From: Shigella phage KNP5
DNA: 64,000 nt
Sequence record: KX452698
Reading direction: 5' to 3' (one strand)
Below the pieces are notes generated by a model that was given only the letters and a program-made list of their open reading frames with translations, was not told the DNA's origin and made no database searches. The translations under genes were made by a program, and so were the position numbers. Shown here in pieces: positions 45,786 through 57,800 of this stretch; the first letter of the stretch is position 1; each line of letters opens with the position of its first letter.

Positions 45786-48050
45786 TCATAATTTACAGGA
45801 TGAACAATCTTCAGCTTTTGGAGTTTCTATTTCATAATCATCAGTACCAGAACCGTCACGGGTATTATGATAATAGAAATTTTTTCCGCCAAAATACCAA
45901 AAATATAAAAGGTCATCAATCATTATTGACATTGGAACCTTTCCTTTTGGAAAAATCTGCGGGTCATAATATGTATTCGCTGAAGCTGATTGACACACCC
46001 ATTTAAGCATAATAGCTACTTGCGTAAGATAAGGTTTATTACCTTTCTTAGCTAATTTCCACGTATAATCATACAGGTCTATGTTATGTTCAATATTGGG
46101 CACGACTTGATTAAAGGAACCCTCTTTTGATTCTTTAACAGAGACTGGTCCACGTGGAGGCTCGATACCGTTTGTACTGTTAGAAACTTGGGAAGATGAC
46201 TCACATGGCATAAGTGCTGATAATGTGCTATTACGGATGCCAAAGAGCTTAAGGTCTTCCCGCAGCGACGACCAGTCACAAACGTATTTTGGAGCTGCGA
46301 TTTGGTCAATCTTTTTATTGTACCAGTCGATAGGTAATTCGCCTCGAGACCAACGAGTGTCTGAATAATATTCGCAAGGTCCTTTTTCTTTGGCGAGCTT
46401 AATGGATGCTTTAATGAGTCCATACTGCAATCTCTCAAATAGTTCATGTGTTAAATCGTTAGCATCTTCATAAGAAGCAAAATTACTTGCCAGCCAAGCT
46501 GCATAGTTAGTAACACCTACGCCGAGATTTCGACGCTTTTTAGCTTTTTCTGCTTCAGGAACTGGATATCCTTGGTAATCCAAAAGATTATCAAGAGCGC
46601 GAACTTGAACTTCTGCTAATTCATTAATTTTATCTTGGTCTTGCCAATCGAAGTTATCTAACACAAATGCAGATAACGTACACAATCCAATTTCAGCGTC
46701 AGGGCTATTCACATCATTTGTTGGAATAGCAATTTCACAGCACAAGTTACTCTGACGAATAGGTGCCTTTTCACGAATAAATGGAGTATAGTTATTCGTA
46801 TTATCAATGAACTGCACATAAATCCTTGCTGTTCCTGAGCGTTCAGTCATGAGTAATTCAAACAGTTCACGGGCTTTAATACGCTTTTTACGAATATTAG
46901 GGTCTTTTTCTGCGGCTTCGTATAATTCACGGAAACGGTCTTGGTCTTTAAAATAAGAATAATAAAGTTCGCCACCCATTTCATGTGGACTGAACAAAGT
47001 AATGTAATCATTCTTTCCGAATCGTTCCATCATCAAATCATTCAGCTGGACGCCATAATCCATATGACGGATACGGTTTTCTTCTACGCCTTTGTTATTT
47101 TTCAAAACGAGAAGATTTTCAACTTCCAAATGCCAAATAGGATAATAAGCAGTAGCAGCGCCGCCACGAATTCCACCCTGTGAGCATGATTTAACAGCAG
47201 TCTGAAAATGTTTCCAAAAAGGAATAACACCAGTATGGCGTACTTCACCTGTGCCAATCTTAGAACCTTCGGCGCGAATCATACCAACGTTAATACCAAT
47301 TCCAGCGCGTTTGGAGATATATTCAACAATTGAAGCGGAAGCCTTGTTGATAGACTTCAGCGAATCACCTGCTTCAATAACAACGCATGAACTAAACTGC
47401 CGAGTTGGAGTACGGCAACCAGCCATAATAGGAGTTGGCAATGAAATCTGTCGAGTAGATACTGCTTCATAAAAACGAATAACATGTTTTAATCTATCAA
47501 CAGGTTCATCTTGATGCAATGCCATTCCAATAGTCATAAATGCAAACTGTGGAGTTTCATAAATTTGACCAGTGGTTTTATCTTTAACTAGATATTTTTC
47601 TTTTAATTGCATCGCCCCAGAATAAGTAAATTCCATATCCCGTTCGTGCTTAATTTTTGATTCTAAAAATGTAATTTCTTCTGTTGAATATTTTGACAAC
47701 AATTCAGGGTCATATTTACCTTCATTTACACAGTAAGAAATATGGTCAATAAATGAACGTGGTTCATACTGTCCATAAACATGCTTACGAAGAGCGAACA
47801 TTAAACAGCGTGCAGCTACGTATTGATAATCAGGCTCTTCAACTGAAATAGAATTCGCAGCAGCCTTAATGACAATAGTCTGAATGTCATCAGTTGTCAT
47901 TCCATCACGGAGATATGATTTAATATTTTCATATAATTCATAAGGATCTACAGATGTTCCTTCAGCTGCCCAAGATAAAACTTTAATAATTTTTTGCGGG
48001 TCAAAGCTCTGAGAAACACCACTACTTTTGATAACATTAATTAATTGCAT
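45786..48050 (-). CDS. nrdA: ribonucleotide reductase large subunit
   Basis: 754-aa ORF, T4 NrdA length. Confidence 0.95.
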   Translation of the reverse strand: MQLINVIKSSGVSQSFDPQKIIKVLSWAAEGTSVDPYELYENIKSYLRDGMTTDDIQTIVIKAAANSISVEEPDYQYVAARCLMFALRKHVYGQYEPRSFIDHISYCVNEGKYDPELLSKYSTEEITFLESKIKHERDMEFTYSGAMQLKEKYLVKDKTTGQIYETPQFAFMTIGMALHQDEPVDRLKHVIRFYEAVSTRQISLPTPIMAGCRTPTRQFSSCVVIEAGDSLKSINKASASIVEYISKRAGIGINVGMIRAEGSKIGTGEVRHTGVIPFWKHFQTAVKSCSQGGIRGGAATAYYPIWHLEVENLLVLKNNKGVEENRIRHMDYGVQLNDLMMERFGKNDYITLFSPHEMGGELYYSYFKDQDRFRELYEAAEKDPNIRKKRIKARELFELLMTERSGTARIYVQFIDNTNNYTPFIREKAPIRQSNLCCEIAIPTNDVNSPDAEIGLCTLSAFVLDNFDWQDQDKINELAEVQVRALDNLLDYQGYPVPEAEKAKKRRNLGVGVTNYAAWLASNFASYEDANDLTHELFERLQYGLIKASIKLAKEKGPCEYYSDTRWSRGELPIDWYNKKIDQIAAPKYVCDWSSLREDLKLFGIRNSTLSALMPCESSSQVSNSTNGIEPPRGPVSVKESKEGSFNQVVPNIEHNIDLYDYTWKLAKKGNKPYLTQVAIMLKWVCQSASANTYYDPQIFPKGKVPMSIMIDDLLYFWYFGGKNFYYHNTRDGSGTDDYEIETPKAEDCSSCKL

Positions 48051-48367
48051 AAGTCCTCAACTTGAAAATCGTCTTTAAACAATCGGTTAACTATATGAGC
48101 TATTATATCACCATGACATGGCTTTGGTTTACATGTGCATCCTAGCCTCATTCCACGTAAAGGCTCTAAATGTGCTTTAGTTATTTCTCCGGATTTAATT
48201 CGACGTATAAAATCTTTTTTGAATAATTCAATGGCAGCCTCCCGGCTGCCAGCATCTTTACCGACGTAATTTCCCCAAAATGTACCACGGTGAATATTAA
48301 CATCAAAGTCGGATTTATATTTATTCACTACCTGGCATAGACGGCCCGCGCGGTGATAATTCGTCAT
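48041..48367 (-). CDS. hypothetical protein with CxCxPxxCHGD motif (DUF4326-like?)
   Basis: 108-aa ORF; [15 protein letters not shown] near the C-terminus. Confidence 0.6.
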   Translation of the reverse strand: MTNYHRAGRLCQVVNKYKSDFDVNIHRGTFWGNYVGKDAGSREAAIELFKKDFIRRIKSGEITKAHLEPLRGMRLGCTCKPKPCHGDIIAHIVNRLFKDDFQVEDLCN

Positions 48368-48596
48368 ATTGTTTTTCCGTTAAAACAGTAATATCATAAT
48401 AACAGTCAGAAGAAGTTTTAACTGTGGAAATTTTATTATCAAAATACTCACGGGTCATTTTATGAGTATAATATTTTTTGCCATAAATGATAATAGGCTG
48501 ATTTGGTCCTGGAACTTCTAACTCGCTTGGATTAGGAAGTGTAAAAAGAACGACACCAGAAGTATCTTTAAATCGTAAAATCATATATCCTCGCAA
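48321..48596 (-). CDS. hypothetical protein
   Basis: 91-aa ORF between nrdA and td. Confidence 0.6.
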   Translation of the reverse strand: MRGYMILRFKDTSGVVLFTLPNPSELEVPGPNQPIIIYGKKYYTHKMTREYFDNKISTVKTSSDCYYDITVLTEKQYDELSPRGPSMPGSE

Positions 48597-48607
48597 TTAA
48601 ATTAAAA

Positions 48608-49467
48608 TTATATCGCCATCTTTCCTTTAATTGGCGGGTGAGATACATAGTTGTTAAGAACAAAATTATGCGGCTTTGCGAATTGACTCAACCAAAATAC
48701 CTGCGATTCTGTGTCCCATTCATCAAATTCATCTGGAAATTTTAATTGTAATTCGCATAAATCCATAGGTTCACGACGCAAAATTTCTTTACATTGTTCT
48801 ACGTGATTCATATAGATATGAGTATTACCACCAGAAAATATCAAATCTCCTGGAATAAGATTACACATCTTAGCTACAATATGAACTAACGTAGCATATG
48901 ATGCAATATTAAATGGAAGACCGAGGAAAACATCTACCGAACGTTGATACCACTGCAGATCCAAATAGCCATTACGCACATTAAACTGATAGAACATATG
49001 ACAAGGTGGTAATGCCATTTGCTTAAGTTCTGCCGGATTCCATGCTGAAACAATTTGACGTCTATCATTTGGCAGTTTTTTAATACGTTCAACAACTTCT
49101 ATAATTTGGTCTACGCCACCAAAATCGCGCCACTGTTTTCCATAAATTGGACCAAGTTCACCGCTATGGTATCCTAAATCTTTTGCTTGATTTTCGTAAT
49201 TTTCATCCCAGACTGTTTTGCCTTGAATTAATGAATCATGTTGAATTAATCGCAAATCATTGACATTTGTGCTTCCCGATAAAAACCATATTAGCTCAGC
49301 AATACAGGCTTTCCATGCTAATTTTTTAGTTGTTACCGCAGGAAAACCTTTAGTTAAATCCCAGCGTAATTTAGTACCAAACAAAGCAATTGTTCCTGTG
49401 CCTGTTCGGTCATCGGTTTCGTAACCATTTTCCAGGATATCTTTAATTAAAAATTGGTATTGTTTCA

Positions 49468-49468
<1 letters not shown>
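48608..49468 (-). CDS. td: thymidylate synthase, uninterrupted
   Basis: ATG 49468 (MKQYQ...) gives 286 aa; active-site PCH (ALPPCHMFYQF); no intron; ORF-track start 49480 is TTG. Confidence 0.93.
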
Positions 49469-50497
<1,029 letters not shown>

Positions 50498-50507
50498 GTT
50501 ATTTTCC

Positions 50508-50750
50508 TTAAACAGACTTTTTCACAATTTTCCAATCAGCTTTAAACTGATCGACGTCAGAATGGTAAATCCAGAATCCTGCGCTTTCTCCATCTTCATA
50601 AAGAGGACATCCATCACATTCATCTTCCCATCCCATATCACGCAAAAGACGTTCAGCTTTTTCAATGAGTTCAGAATCTTTACCGATGATATTAAAATAC
50701 CATTTACCTCTAACTTCTGAATCTTTAATGCTCTGACGTTGTAATCTCAT
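50508..50750 (-). CDS. hypothetical protein (frd.x block)
   Basis: 80-aa ORF; CxxC pair (DECDGCPLYEDGE). Confidence 0.6.
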   Translation of the reverse strand: MRLQRQSIKDSEVRGKWYFNIIGKDSELIEKAERLLRDMGWEDECDGCPLYEDGESAGFWIYHSDVDQFKADWKIVKKSV

Positions 50751-50775
50751 TTTATTCCCCTTAGTTGATAGGGTA

Positions 50776-50805
50776 ATAGTATCACACTACTACCCTACTG
50801 TAAAC
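50776..50805 (-). promoter_or_regulatory. early promoter (GTTTAC, 18 nt, TACTAT)
   Basis: minus strand GTTTACAGTAGGGTAGTAGTGTGATACTAT. Confidence 0.5.
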
Positions 50806-51185
50806 TACTTTTTGAATGTTTTTCGCAAAAGTTCAATGATTTCGTCGACGTTATTTTCGTCTACAATGCAGTGAATTTTTGTTACGCCAGAAACCTTGTC
50901 TTCGATTTCATCTTCTTCAGAAGTCGGTTCTTTATATTCACGAAAACAATGAAATTCATCTTCGCAAATTTCTAAAAGTCTATCTTTAAGGTAAAAATGC
51001 TTTCCATTTGCGCATTCAATGTGTTTTACTGCTTTATATCCATTAGCGACGGAAACTTCTTTAACTTCAAACCATCCGCCATTATCTCGAATAGCTTTAA
51101 CTATTGATGAATTGGAACGTGGGCTATAATTAATAAATGTATCAATAAGTCTTGGAACAAGTTCATACTTTTTGCCAATATACAT
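50805..51185 (-). CDS. hypothetical protein (frd.x block)
   Basis: 126-aa ORF with early promoter upstream. Confidence 0.6.
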   Translation of the reverse strand: MYIGKKYELVPRLIDTFINYSPRSNSSIVKAIRDNGGWFEVKEVSVANGYKAVKHIECANGKHFYLKDRLLEICEDEFHCFREYKEPTSEEDEIEDKVSGVTKIHCIVDENNVDEIIELLRKTFKK

Positions 51186-51229
51186 TACGTTTTCCTCATT
51201 TTAACGGGGCTGTAATAGCCCCTTGATAA

Positions 51230-51481
51230 TTATTGTTCAATCAATCCCATGTAAAATTCTGCGTCTTCAGAATCCATGCCATCACAGTATTCATTAGCCA
51301 TAAAGCGGGTGAGGTCTTCAAGAGGACCTTCAATGACAATAGAAAAATTGCAATAATTGGGATCATCGTGAATACTTGTGATACTAAGTTCAGGATAACG
51401 ATTACGAATAATTTCTTCAATATATTCAAAATCAACGATGTCAATATCAACTTTAGCCATATTATTTTCCTCTTTAATCAT
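51230..51481 (-). CDS. hypothetical acidic protein
   Basis: 83-aa ORF with early promoter upstream. Confidence 0.6.
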   Translation of the reverse strand: MIKEENNMAKVDIDIVDFEYIEEIIRNRYPELSITSIHDDPNYCNFSIVIEGPLEDLTRFMANEYCDGMDSEDAEFYMGLIEQ

Positions 51482-51503
51482 CAGCAGTATTGCCGATAGT
51501 TGT

Positions 51504-51533
51504 ATAGTACCATAAAGCTTTATGCTTGTAAAC
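51504..51533 (-). promoter_or_regulatory. early promoter (GTTTAC, 18 nt, TACTAT)
   Basis: minus strand GTTTACAAGCATAAAGCTTTATGGTACTAT. Confidence 0.5.
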
Positions 51534-51564
51534 CGTTTTGTGAAAAAATTTTTGAAATAAAAAA

Positions 51565-51600
51565 GGGGACCTCTAGGGTCCCCAATTAATTAGTAATATA
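51565..51600 (-). terminator. terminator after gene 32
   Basis: GGGGACC-TCTAG-GGTCCCC; minus strand followed by TTTTTTATTTC. Confidence 0.7.
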
Positions 51601-51605
51601 ATCTA

Positions 51606-52514
51606 TTAAAGGTCATTCAAAAGGTCATCCAGGTCCGTGTCATCAGCACTAGATGAACTGCCAGAGCTTGAGCTCATAAAATCATCTTCAGTTTTTGTAT
51701 TGAAGTCATCAACATTGAATGCATCCAAATCATCAGCAACTTTATCAGCTTTCTTAGCGGCAGTCGCTGCGGCACCACCCATAGCAGCAGTTCCCATAAC
51801 TTGACTGAACTTAGTGCTCAGTTCTTCAAACGATTTGAATTTATCTTTAGAAGTCATTTCAGAAAGGTCAACCATTTGTTCGAACAGTTCTTTCTGGAAA
51901 GATTCATCATCAATGTTTGGAATCGCAGATTGATTCAGGAATTTAGATTCGTCGTAGTTACTAAAACCAGAAACTTGTTTAACTTTCAGTACAAAGTTAG
52001 CACCTTCCCACGGACAAGTTACATCAACCGGAGTTTCACCCATTTCAACATCAACTGCAATCATTGCATTGATTTTATCCCAGATTTTCTTACCGAAGCG
52101 GTATTTAAATACTTTACCTTCATTTTCTGGAGCAGCTGGGTCTTTTACTACAAGAATGTTAGCCCAGTAAGAAGTTTTACGTTTAACAAGACCGTATTCT
52201 TTATTGTCAGTATTGTACAAATCATTTTTACTGATGTACTGACATACTGGACAAGAATCGTAATCACCGTGGGTAGATGAACAGTTTTCAATATACCATT
52301 TACCATTTTTCTTGAAACCGTGATTTACAAGAATTGCGAATGGTGCTTGTTCATCATTTTTAGACGGAAGAAAACGAATTACTGCTTGACCATTACCCGC
52401 GTTATCGAGTTTCAGTTTCCACTCGCCTTTATCTTCAGAAGAAAAACCACCTTTATTTCCAGCCAGTTTAGCCATTTGTGCAGCGAGTTCAGCAGTAGAT
52501 TTACGTTTAAACAT
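51606..52514 (-). CDS. 32: single-stranded DNA-binding protein gp32
   Basis: 302-aa ORF; acidic Ser/Asp-rich C-terminus; recognisable gene 32 leader upstream. Confidence 0.97.
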   Translation of the reverse strand: MFKRKSTAELAAQMAKLAGNKGGFSSEDKGEWKLKLDNAGNGQAVIRFLPSKNDEQAPFAILVNHGFKKNGKWYIENCSSTHGDYDSCPVCQYISKNDLYNTDNKEYGLVKRKTSYWANILVVKDPAAPENEGKVFKYRFGKKIWDKINAMIAVDVEMGETPVDVTCPWEGANFVLKVKQVSGFSNYDESKFLNQSAIPNIDDESFQKELFEQMVDLSEMTSKDKFKSFEELSTKFSQVMGTAAMGGAAATAAKKADKVADDLDAFNVDDFNTKTEDDFMSSSSGSSSSADDTDLDDLLNDL

Positions 52515-52590
52515 TTTTATTTCCTTTTTAATTTAATTAACAGTTGGTGCTATGACGATGTATGACCTCATAGCTGGTCAGTGAGATAAT
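52515..52590 (-). promoter_or_regulatory. gene 32 translational operator / leader
   Basis: minus-strand leader ...GCTATGAGGTCATACATCGTCATAGC...TTAATTAAATTAAAAAGGAAATAAAAATG matches what I recall of the T4 gene 32 autoregulatory leader. Confidence 0.7.
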
Positions 52591-52597
52591 TATAATC

Positions 52598-52605
52598 TAT
52601 TTATA
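52598..52605 (-). promoter_or_regulatory. late promoter TATAAATA (gene 32)
   Basis: plus-strand TATTTATA upstream of the gene 32 leader. Confidence 0.6.
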
Positions 52606-52613
52606 ATAAGCAA

Positions 52614-53267
52614 TTAATACTTGCAAGATTTCACAGTTTCAATGAAAACACTTTTAGCTTTCTGTGAATCAATATTTAAAATTTTTCTATAAGCCTTTAA
52701 CTTTATAGAATAATTATTCCAGACTAAATTATCAGTCTGTTCATCATGTTTATCGATTATATTTAAAAACGAATCAAGCAAGATAAACGTCTCAAACGAA
52801 ATTATATTCGATTGAAGTAGTTTAAAAATATAACTTGATTGGACTTTTGGATTATACTCAAAGATTTCTTTAAAAGCAGAAACTTCAACTTTTTTACTAA
52901 AATAATAAATGTTGCGAATATCTTCTTCAAACTTAAATTTAATTTGCTTTAAGCGTCCGATATATTCACGATAAAACACAAGTGCATCAGCGTCAGAGAT
53001 ATCACCAATCCAAGCATCTTGGTTAGCAACCAGATTGCTTATAAAGATTAAAGCAAGTTCCTTTAATTTATATTTTTCTGATAACTTCTGGAAAAAATAC
53101 TTATCCCTTCGCTTTTGATAAGCGGCATCAGACACCCGCATGCACCAATTATACTTAATTACATCATACTTTCCGTTCATATGTTGTTTTATCATTAAGT
53201 ATAATTTATAAACTGATTTACCATCAATATATCTTTCACCACCAGCAGGCATGCGGAGTTTAATCAT
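52614..53267 (-). CDS. 59: helicase loader gp59
   Basis: 217-aa ORF, T4 gp59 length. Confidence 0.92.
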   Translation of the reverse strand: MIKLRMPAGGERYIDGKSVYKLYLMIKQHMNGKYDVIKYNWCMRVSDAAYQKRRDKYFFQKLSEKYKLKELALIFISNLVANQDAWIGDISDADALVFYREYIGRLKQIKFKFEEDIRNIYYFSKKVEVSAFKEIFEYNPKVQSSYIFKLLQSNIISFETFILLDSFLNIIDKHDEQTDNLVWNNYSIKLKAYRKILNIDSQKAKSVFIETVKSCKY

Positions 53268-53602
53268 AGTAGAAAATCTAATGTATTAGTTTTTTCACAA
53301 CGAACAACAGAAGGACGTAAAAGATTTTCGTCGATAGCTTCTGACTGAATTTTTTCAATTATACCCGAAGGAATAAATTTAGCAAATTGAGTTTCAGGAA
53401 TAGAATTTTCTTCTAAGAATGCTGTTGTAGCTTCAAGATAACTCATTCCAAACTCTTCTACCATTTTTTCAATGATAAATCCATTTTCTTGACGATCAAG
53501 AAGCTTTGCAATTTCATCCTTTTCTTTCTTAATTGAAAGTTCTTTTTCTGAAAGACCGGTCTCATCGACCGGACGAATATCATTTAGAGAAAACTGTGTC
53601 AT
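53264..53602 (-). CDS. 33: late transcription co-activator gp33
   Basis: start MTQFSLNDI (112 aa) by comparison with T4; ORF track extends 3 codons upstream. Confidence 0.85.
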   Translation of the reverse strand: MTQFSLNDIRPVDETGLSEKELSIKKEKDEIAKLLDRQENGFIIEKMVEEFGMSYLEATTAFLEENSIPETQFAKFIPSGIIEKIQSEAIDENLLRPSVVRCEKTNTLDFLL

Positions 53603-53849
53603 AAAGTTCAACTACCTCTTCAGTTTCAGCTTCAAACACATCACGGTTATCTTTATGATACAAAGCTAAAAGACGATTAAACATCTTACCATCAACACCA
53701 AGTTCATCTTTGGCGCGAATTCGAATATCTTTAATCAATTCATTATAACCAGAAATTTTCAGTTTATGATCAGATGCTTCTTTAATAAATTTAGCCAAGT
53801 CTTCGCCATGGATAGCTTCATCAAATTCAACCATTTCTTTTTTAGCCAT
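53580..53849 (-). CDS. dsbA: dsDNA-binding protein DsbA
   Basis: 89-aa ORF overlapping gp33 start. Confidence 0.85.
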   Translation of the reverse strand: MAKKEMVEFDEAIHGEDLAKFIKEASDHKLKISGYNELIKDIRIRAKDELGVDGKMFNRLLALYHKDNRDVFEAETEEVVELYDTVFSK

Positions 53850-53857
53850 TATTCACC

Positions 53858-54775
53858 TCAAAATTCATTAATGCTATTAGTTAATTTAGAAAGACCCGCT
53901 TTTACAAAATATGAATAAATTTTGCCACGCGGTGGTAATTTATATGAATTATAATAATTCACAATGTTTGAAGCAATATTATCAGGAATATAATCAAAAT
54001 CAATTAGAACTAAATTTTCTTTATAACGATTATATTCAGATTCTGTGAGAAGCACCTTAGCTTGCTCACGGTCATTAGCAATAGCTTCAACAATAGAGGT
54101 TTTCATTGAAGGAGTTCGTTCACCTTCAACTCTGGTAAACCAGAAGTCAGATCGTACTTTAACTGAAGCAACGTTATCCTTTTTGTCGCCTTTAAGGATT
54201 TTAGTCATACAGTCAATTTCAGCAGAACCGCTTTTAATTTTAACCCACTTCTTGTGCATCGGTGACCATTGCTTAACATTTGGGTATTTGTGAAGTTGAG
54301 TAAAGTCACCATCCGATGAAATGATTAAAATCTTATGTCCTTCTAAAGAGAACTTTTTAACCAAAACAGCAATATGGTCATCTGCTTCATACTTATCAAT
54401 ATCCATAACGATGTATGGCATATAAGCTTTCAATTCATCTATAACTTTATGGCTGGATTCAAAATAACCTTCCCAGTCCCAAGTAGATTCTTCTCGTGCT
54501 TTTCCACGGTTTTTCTTATAATAATAAGCAAAATCACGACGCCAGTATCCAGATTTCGCGTTATCAATACACAATACAATTTTAGTGTATCCAAGAGTTT
54601 TTGCTTTTTTGACATTAAACTTAATTGAGTTCAATATCAAATGACGAACCATTGATAAATTAATTTTTTCTTTATCTGGAAAGTTTACCAAAGCAGTTGA
54701 AAGCGCAATTTGACTAAAGTCAATTAAGCAGATTCCTTCTTTGTAATCTTCATCCAGCATCATTTCTAAATCCAT
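53858..54775 (-). CDS. rnh: RNase H (5'-3' exonuclease)
   Basis: ATG 54775 (MDLEMML...) with SD GAGG gives 305 aa; ORF-track start is TTG. Confidence 0.92.
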   Translation of the reverse strand: MDLEMMLDEDYKEGICLIDFSQIALSTALVNFPDKEKINLSMVRHLILNSIKFNVKKAKTLGYTKIVLCIDNAKSGYWRRDFAYYYKKNRGKAREESTWDWEGYFESSHKVIDELKAYMPYIVMDIDKYEADDHIAVLVKKFSLEGHKILIISSDGDFTQLHKYPNVKQWSPMHKKWVKIKSGSAEIDCMTKILKGDKKDNVASVKVRSDFWFTRVEGERTPSMKTSIVEAIANDREQAKVLLTESEYNRYKENLVLIDFDYIPDNIASNIVNYYNSYKLPPRGKIYSYFVKAGLSKLTNSINEF

Positions 54776-54803
54776 ATGAACCTCGTTCAATTAGTGAGAT
54801 TTC

Positions 54804-54833
54804 TATTATATACTATCCGAATCTTAAAGTAAA
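54804..54833 (-). promoter_or_regulatory. early promoter (GTTTAC, 18 nt, TATAAT) for rnh
   Basis: minus strand GTTTACTTTAAGATTCGGATAGTATATAAT, divergent from the gene 34 late promoter. Confidence 0.6.
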
Positions 54834-54836
54834 CAA

Positions 54837-54844
54837 GTATAAAT
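54837..54844 (+). promoter_or_regulatory. late promoter TATAAATA (gene 34)
   Basis: exact TATAAATA 36 nt before gp34 ATG. Confidence 0.7.
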
Positions 54845-54879
54845 ACTTATTATTGAAAACACAATAGGAGCCCGGGAGA

Positions 54880-57800
54880 ATGGCCGAGATTAAAAGAAAG
54901 TTCAGAGCAGAAGATGGTCTGGACGCAGGTGGCGATAAAATAATCAACGTAGCTTTAGCTGATCGTGCCGTAGGAACTGACGGTGTTAACGTTGATTACC
55001 TAATTCAAGAAAACACAGTTCAACAATATGATCCAACTCGTGGATATTTAAAAGATTTTGTAATCATTTATGATAACCGCTTTTGGGCTGCTATAAATGA
55101 TATTCCAAAACCAGCGGGAGCTTTTAATAGCGTACGTTGGAGAGCATTACGTACTGATGCAAACTGGACAACTGTTTCGTCAGGACCTTATCAATTAAAG
55201 TCAGGTGAATCAATTTCAGTTAATACTGCAGCAGGAAATGATATCACATTTACTTTGCCAACTTCTCCAATTGATGGAGATACTATCGTTCTTCAAGATA
55301 TTGGTGGAAAACCTGGAGTTAACCAAGTTTTAATTGTAGCTCCAGTGCAAAGTATTGTAAACTTTAGAGGCGAACAAGTACGATCAGTACTAATGACCCA
55401 TCCAAAATCACAGATAGTTTTAATTTTTAGTAATCGTCTGTGGCAAATGTATGTGGCTGATTATAGCAGAGAAGCGGTAGTTGTGACGCCAGCAAGTCTC
55501 TACCAGGCGCAGTCAAACGATTTTATCGTGCGTAGATTTACTTCCGCTGCGCCTATTAATATTAAACTTCCGAGATTTGCTAATCATGGCGATATTATTA
55601 ATTTCGTTGATTTAGATAAATTAAATCCTCTTTATCATACAATTGTTACTACATATGATGAAACTACATCAGTACAAGAAGATGGAACTCATTCCATTGA
55701 AGGCCGTACATCTATTGACGGTTTCTTGATGTATGATGATAACGAAAAACTGTGGAGATTGTTTGACGGGGATAGTAAAGCACGTTTACGTATCATAACG
55801 ACTAATTCAAATATTCGTCCAAATGAAGAAGTTATGGTATTTGGTGCGAATAACGGAACAACTCAAACGATTGAGCTTCAGCTTCCGACCGATATTTCTG
55901 TTGGTGATACTGTTAAAATTTCCATGAATTACATGAGAAAAGGGCAAACAGTTAAAATCAAAGCTGCTGGTGAAGATAAAATTGCTTCTTCAGTTCAATT
56001 GTTGCAATTCCCAAAACGTTCAGAATATCCACCTGAAGCTGAATGGGTGACTGTTCAAGAATTAGTTTTTAACGGTGAAACTAATTATGTTCCAGTTTTA
56101 CAGCTTGCTTATATAGAAGATTCTGACGGAAAATACTGGGTTGTACAGCAAAACGTTCCAACAGTTGAAAGAGTTGATTCTTTAAATGATTCTACTAGAG
56201 CAAGATTAGGCGTGATTGCTTTAGCTACACAAGCTCAAGCTAACGTCGATTTAGAAAATTCTCCACAAAAAGAATTAGCAATTACTCCAGAAACATTAGC
56301 TAACCGTACTGCTACAGAAACTCGTAGAGGTATCGCAAGAATAGCAACCACTGCTCAAGTGAATCAGGATACTACATTCTCTTTTGCTGACGATATTATC
56401 ATCACTCCTAAAAAGCTGAATGAAAGAACTGCTACAGAAACTCGTAGAGGTGTTGCTGAAATTGCTACACAGCAAGAAACTAACGCAGGTACTGATGATA
56501 CTGCAATCATCACTCCTAAAAAGCTTCAAGCTCGTCAGGGTTCTGAATCATTATCAGGTATTGTAACCTTTGTATCTACCGCAGGAGCTACTCCAGCTTC
56601 TAGTCGTGAATTAAATGGTACAAACGTTTATAATAAAAACACTAATAATTTAGTTGTTTCGCCTAAAGCTCTGGATCAGTATAAAGCTACTCCAACACAA
56701 CAAGGTGCAGTAATTTTAGCAGTTGAAAGTGAAGTAATTGCTGGACAAAGTCAAGAAGGATGGGCAAATGCGGTTGTAACGCCAGAAACGTTACATAAAA
56801 AGACATCAACTGATGCAAGAATTGGTTTAATTGAAATTGCTACGCAAAGTGAAGTTAATACAGGAACTGATTATACTCGCGCAGTCACTCCTAAAACTTT
56901 AAATGACCGTAAAGCAACTGAAAGTTTAAGTGGTATAGCTGAAATTGCTACACAAGTTGAATTCGACGCAGGCGTCGACGATACTCGTATCTCTACACCA
57001 TTAAAAATTAAAACCAGATTTAATAGTACTGATCGTACTTCTGTTGTTGCTCTATCTGGATTAGTTGAATCAGGAACTCTCTGGGACCATTATACCCTTA
57101 ATATTCTTGAAGCAAATGAGACACAGCGTGGTACACTTCGTGTGGCTACACAAGTTGAAGCTGCTGCAGGAACATTAGATAATGTTCTAATAACTCCTAA
57201 AAAGCTTTTAGGTACTAAATCTACTGAAGCGCAAGAAGGCGTTATTAAAGTTGCAACTCAGGTTGAAACTGTAGCTGGAACGTCAGCAAATACTGCTGTA
57301 TCTCCAAAAAATTTAAAATGGATTGTACAGAGTGAACCTACTTGGGCAGCAACTACTCTGGTAAGAGGTTTTGTTAAAACTTCATCCGGTTCAATTACAT
57401 TCGTTGGTAATGATACCGTTGGTTCAACACAGTCATTAGAATTATACGAAAAAAATAGCTATGCAGTATCGCCATATGAATTAAACCGTGTATTAGCAAA
57501 TTATTTGCCGTTAAAAGCAAAAGCTGCAGATAGTAATTTATTGGATGGTCTAGATTCATCCCAGTTCATTCGTAGGGATATTGCGCAGACGGTTAATGGT
57601 TCACTAACCTTAACACAACAAACGAATCTGAGTGCCCCTCTTGTATCATCTAGTACTGCTACGTTTGGTGGATCAGTTTCGGCAAATAGTACACTAACTA
57701 TTTCTAATACTGATGGAACAGCAACTCGTCTGATTTTTGAGAAAGGACCTCAAACTGGAACGAACCCGGCTCAAACGATGACAGTCAGCGTGTGGGGGAA

